Source: Sminthopsis crassicaudata (lineage: Eukaryota). Taken from it: DNA of 64,000 nucleotides. How positions within the stretch are numbered: position 1 is the stretch's first letter; each line of letters opens with the position of its first letter. The notes beneath the pieces are model-generated. The model was given only the letters and a program-made list of their open reading frames with translations, did not search any database and was not told where the DNA came from. The stretch spans positions 187,757,238 through 187,821,237 of the forward strand of contig NC_133621.1 in NCBI RefSeq assembly GCF_048593235.1. The letters run 5' to 3'. Of the stretch, positions 56,437 through 64,000 are shown piece after piece. The position numbers and the translations under genes were made by a program.

Positions 56437-56572
56437 NNNNNNNNNNNNNNNNNNNNNNNNNNNNNNNNNNNNNNNNNNNNNNNNNNNNNNNNNNNNNNNN
56501 NNNNNNNNNNNNNNNNNNNNNNNNNNNNNNNNNNNNNNNNNNNNNNNNNNNNNNNNNNNNNNNNNNNNNNNN
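56437..56572. other. Assembly gap (136 N) in the USP5 3'UTR
   Basis: N run adjacent to a (GT)n repeat. Confidence 0.99.
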
Positions 56573-56587
56573 GTGTGAGACAGAATG

Positions 56588-56590
<3 letters not shown>

Positions 56591-56644
<54 letters not shown>
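56591..56644. repeat. (GT)n microsatellite in the USP5 3'UTR
   Basis: Perfect GT run. Confidence 0.97.
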
Positions 56645-56646
<2 letters not shown>

Positions 56647-57689
56647 CTTTGTGCATCTCAGTTTGGAGATGGGCAGTTCTTTCTCTTTTTCCACTCCATT
56701 CTCCCCTTCCCCCCATTTCCATGTATTCCATCTTTGTTTTCCTTCCCTCTTGGGTAGGATAAGGAAAGGTGGGAGAATATTGGGGAATTTTCCCCATCCC
56801 TATGCTACCAGTCTTTCCACATACCCCTCTCCTCTAGAAAATGCCAAAACACCAGATGTGAATAAAAGTCTAATGGGTGAATTGTGGTGATCTCAATTTG
56901 GGAGCTGCCTTCTTGCCATCCTCTCTCTAGAAATGAGAGACAGTCTTAGGAAATGTCCACCCCTTACCGTCCATGTCATGCTGGCTTCGGTCATCCAAAT
57001 TTGGCTAGTGGGCTTTTGTGTGAAAGTTCCCAACCTCCATTATAATCCCTTCATGTCATTGTATCGGAGAGTGAAAAATTACCATCAGGGTGAGCCTATG
57101 GGACCAGTGAGAGAAGTGGGGACTGAAGAGGCCAAAGCTACATTGACTGAACTGCTGAGCCTGACCCACCTATTGCTAGGCACTAAGTTGAGGTCTAGCA
57201 GCAGCCTTCCCTCAAGGCCTTTGTTGCATGGCACCCTTTATATGGTGTGGTGTAGTGAGGGCAGAGCTGAGATTGACCATGTACCAGCTGGAGGAAGGAG
57301 CTATGGCAGACCTCTGGGCCTTTAGGCCTCAGGAACTGACCAAGAAGGATTTGACACTTTAGCCACCAAGTCATCCTGACCCCTTGAGAATATATCATCC
57401 AGTTCCTACCAACAAGGGGGTGGGGGAATCTCTTATCTCAAGGGAGTTATCAGCTAAGGAGAAAATGTAATTTATTTGCCAAGATGCAGATAGAATGGAA
57501 TGTGACAGTAGGTAAGTCTTAATTTCTCTGGCCTTCAGTTTACTCTTCTGTAAAATGGGGTTGGGCTACGCAAGTTCCAAAAATCCCCTTCCATTTTTTT
57601 ACCGAAACTATAATGGGGGTTAAGACGGAGCACAGATATTGAGTAAATTTTGGTTGGAAAAACACGAGGTGGCCTTTCGGAGGAGCTAG

Positions 57690-60584
<2,895 letters not shown>

Positions 60585-61141
60585 GACCTTCACGTGGCCC
60601 GCCGACTCCCCTCCAGCTTGGGCTGGGTGTAGGCTATACAAGTCCGGTTTACCCCCTCCCCCTTCCATGTGGTTGTGATTTTGATTCCCCACCCCCCATG
60701 GTCTACTTTAACCTATACCACCTTCCACCTTGTAGATGCCCTGTGTGTACCAGTTCTCAGCTCCCTAGCTCTTCCTCCAGTGGACCAGGCCTTTCTCCAT
60801 TAACTGTAAATTTGAAGGAAGCACATGATGTTTATGGTTTCTTATTGGTTGGATTGAAAATGGAAAGGGTGTGACTTGGTATTCTGTCCCTGTAAGGGGT
60901 GGATGGCTGACAACTGCCTTCTTGCTTCTACTTCCTGTTTCTCAGTTTCTAGCAAGAATCTTAACTTTCCAGTCAGTACGAGTTAGGGGAGGACTTAGGA
61001 GTGGGAGACAGGTGATGGGATGACAAGAATGAATGAATGCCAGTCTTGTGCTAATTAGTCTTACTCTGAGCAGGCCCCAAAGATGGAGGAACAAAGTATT
61101 CTCTTTGCTGATCAGGCACTCCCCATTTGGAAATCTGCAGT

Positions 61142-61193
61142 CCCAATTAGAAACTATGACAAAACTGCCCAATTAGAAACTATGACAAAACTG
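61142..61193. repeat. Perfect 26-bp tandem duplication
   Basis: CCCAATTAGAAACTATGACAAAACTG at 61142-61167 and 61168-61193. Confidence 0.97.
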
Positions 61194-61292
61194 TAACAAT
61201 ACTCTTATTATCATTTAAGAAAAACAGGCCCTAGGCAAAGCTTTGGCTGAGGCTCTGGGCCCCTGGTATAGGCAAGTCTGTAGTAGGTGGAG

Positions 61293-62739
61293 TCACTGGT
61301 AGAGCAGGTACCGTTTCATGGCAGAGGGCAAAGGTAGGGCAGAAACCTCATCCAGCCGGGCTTCCCCCAAAATGTCTCGAACACACAGACGGCTCAGGTG
61401 AAGAAGGGAATGAGGTTCCGCTGCAGGGAGAGAAGGAAAAAATGATTACTTGAGGGGTGACCAACGAGAGGTCACTTTGGGCCTTTCTGTCTGTTCCCTT
61501 TGCCCAGCCTTGTTTTAAGTGATCCAACTTTAGGGTTGGAGGCCGATGTGTTGGGTATATGCTAGAGAGGATTTCCAGAGCCTACAAATCATACAGGTCT
61601 GGAGAGAGTAGGGCAGAACTGTTGATGAGAGTTGCTAGACCACTGCAACTAACGGTCACTACTGCTTTTCTTCAAAAAAGAGGAAATGGGATTCTTATTA
61701 CCCAAAATGTCTCTGCCCTCCCTCCCAAGCTAGAGCTCTGTTGGGAGGGTTGATTAGTACTATCTTTGACTATCCCATCAGACCAAATTTCTTCTCCCAG
61801 GTCCCAAACCTTTTATTTTTTTTTTCTGGGGCTTACATGTTATGACCAGTGAAAGGCCCATCAGTATTTGTATTATTCCCCCTCCATTCCCTCCCTCCAG
61901 TGATTCCCATGAACTCTTAGTTTTTAGTCTACCCCTGTTGACAGACACGCCCCCCCCCAAAAAAACAAATGAGAGTTTAAGTTCTCTAGTTTGTCCTCAG
62001 CCTCCGAGATTACTCCATCTAACATGGAAATGCAAACCACCCCCACAAATCCAGCACCCAGAACCTCACCTCTCCTCTCCCCCAGGTAGCGGATTCGGAC
62101 CTGGCACTGCCCCCACACAGCACTGACAGCGGGGTAGAGGGTCCTTCCTTTAAGGCCTCGGAAGGCAGGCCCCAAGTAGGTACTTCCAATGGCATAACCC
62201 AGAGTTCCTTCCTCCATATCCAAAACCACTAGCAGTCTCTCGGGCACCTCCGGACGTTGGTCCCCAAGCCCTGTGGGGTATCTAGGAGCACCAGTTCCCT
62301 TGCTTTGGTGGTACAACCTCCCCCGCCCGATGTCCCAGCCCCACGACTCCCCATTGCTGCCCAGCAAAGCCGAGTAACAGTCCGCTTGCAGTGGGGCTAG
62401 GGCCGTGGCCACGCCCACCACGGCATGGGTGCCCCTCTGCTCCCGCGGCCAGCCGATCTCCCAGGCATGCAGGCCCCTGGAGTAGCCCCTCTTGCCCCGG
62501 GCTCCATCGGTACTCTGAGCCACGGGCCTTCGCTCAAAGCTCAGCCCTTCTTCCTTGACCTCAATGTTCTCGGAGCAGTCCTTGGGGTTCCAGCCATGAA
62601 GCTGCTGTACACTCAGGTCTACTGGGGGTGCTGACAGCAGTTCCTCCAGCCCCTCCGGGAAAGACAACTCCTGGTACGAGGGGGTTGGGGACGGGGTGCT
62701 GCTGGTCCCACTGTCCCCTGCCAGGGCAGTCTGGCCCAT
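61293..62739 (-). CDS. SPSB2: SPRY domain-containing SOCS box protein 2, 265 aa
   Basis: Coding exons (minus) 62739-62070 and 61420-61293. Total 798 nt. MGQTALAG...GWNPKDCSENI...RRPVAQSTDGARGK...RGTHAVVGVAT...SAVWGQ (SPRY), then EPHSLLHLSRLCVR...LPSAMKRYLLYQ* (SOCS box). Exon acceptor at 62775-62776. Confidence 0.97.
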
Positions 62740-63339
62740 GGGAGGGGGGCCTTGGAGAACCCCCAAATGCAGGTCTGGAGAGGAAAGGGGTTTTCCACCA
62801 CTGCTGTTAGTGAAGGAGGCACTTCACCTGGGAAGAGAAGAATGGTGGGAGACAGACGGGGAGAAACCGGGGCCCGAGTAACTCCTCGGCCATCCTGCCC
62901 GGAGCTTCTCCAGCACGTTTTCTCAGCTGCTCGCCGGAGGACTCCTCCTCACTGCCATCCTACCCTTCCCAGGCCTCCCGCCCGTCCTTCGGCTCCTTTT
63001 CCCTATTTCCTCCTCTGGGACCTCAGCTCGCCTCTCCTTCCTTCACCCCTCCTCCCGGCGAAGGGGGATCCCAAAGTGACTCAATCTCGGTCCCCACCCC
63101 GAAGCCGCCTCTGAATGCAGCTTCCCCGCGCTGGAAAGAACACTTAGTTCGAAAGTTCCAAGAAGTGAGTTCGAATTCCCGTCTCTGCTGATTGTTACCT
63201 GTAACTTTGGGGTCAATCACTCCCCTCGGGCCTCAGTTTCCTCATCTGTAACGCGAGAGATCTCAGCTAGATAATCTCTAAGCTCCAGTCCGTTTCCAAA
63301 GCCTAACATTCCACAGTTCCTTCCCGACAAGTCCGATCC

Positions 63340-64000
63340 CCGACAGCCTCAGTTCCCTCAGCTTCCGCCTCCTACGCCGCACCCCGCCTCTCCCCCTTGG
63401 GTCTCCGCCCTGCTCCCCCTGACTCCGCCCCAGGCCGCGGGCTGGAGCGTGAAAGCCGAGGTTGCCGGTGGGGGACGAGGGCGCGCGCGTTACTCCGGGA
63501 ACTAAAGTTTCCCGAGATCAGGCTTAAGAGGGGAGCGCGGGTCCGAGCAGAGCGAAGACTCGAACTCGGATGCTGGGGCGCGCAAGTCGGCCACTTTCTC
63601 TGGCGCCGCCCTCTCGGGGTCTCCGGACTGGGAGGGCGCTTTCTGAGGGCCATCGCCGCTTTAGGAAAGGAGAGCGGGCAGGCTATGTGGGTGCTGACCC
63701 AGGAGAAGCCGGAATGGGGCCCCCTATCTGGCCTCGGCTTCTGCAAGGGCCTCTCCCGGGCCTAAGTCGGGCTTGCAGCCCCGTGCTCGGGAACGAAAGT
63801 CCACGTTTAGCTAAAAGGGACCTTTAACCTCTGAGCTCGCGGAGAACGAGACGTCTGGACGTCCCTGCGAGGTGTGCGCGCGCACCCACCTCAGCCCCTT
63901 TCCTGGGGCTCGGTCCGCCCGCCGCGTCACCGCAGATGGGCGGGGAGCGGGAGCTGCAGAGCTCGCCGCGTGCCCCGCCTGGGCCGGGGAATGGTAACGA
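63340..64000. promoter_or_regulatory. CpG island, probable SPSB2 promoter (possibly bidirectional with the next gene, LRRC23 in human)
   Basis: High CpG density upstream of SPSB2; palindromic NRF1-like GTGCGCGCGCAC at 63874-63885. Neighbour identity is from synteny only. Confidence 0.65.

Noticed and set aside
56933-57325. 130-aa ORF between USP5 and TPI1
   Set aside because: No recognisable domain, promoter or splice structure; consistent with a chance ORF.

Overview
Mammalian genomic DNA containing the gene cluster syntenic with human 12p13: GPR162(+), P3H3/LEPREL2(+), GNB3(+), CDCA3(-), USP5(+), TPI1(+), SPSB2(-), then a CpG island at the right end. The repeat content (WSINE1-type tRNA/CORE SINEs, MAR1/MIR SINEs, marsupial-type L1 3' ends) points to an Australian marsupial, probably a dasyuromorph; this is inference. 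I reconstructed all seven genes exon by exon by hand. All introns are GT-AG. Six genes give intact ORFs of the expected size. GPR162 carries two +1 frameshifts in homopolymer runs of its first coding exon, either consensus errors or a recent gene loss. There are two N gaps (883-1043, 56437-56572). Most ORFs in the supplied track are spurious: they use non-ATG starts, lie antisense, or sit in repeats. I found no evidence of a wholly new multi-gene system. The best leads are: the GPR162 lesions; a 165-nt polyadenylated retroposed insert of unknown origin with a 15-bp target-site duplication (TSD); a perfect 75-bp duplication of old SINE sequence in GNB3 intron 10; a textbook CDE/CHR+CCAAT and ZNF143 bidirectional promoter; a chicken-like TPI1 lacking the Asn71 deamidation site; and candidate unannotated USP5 exons. 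Comparisons to human or chicken orthologs are from recalled sequences, not database searches.
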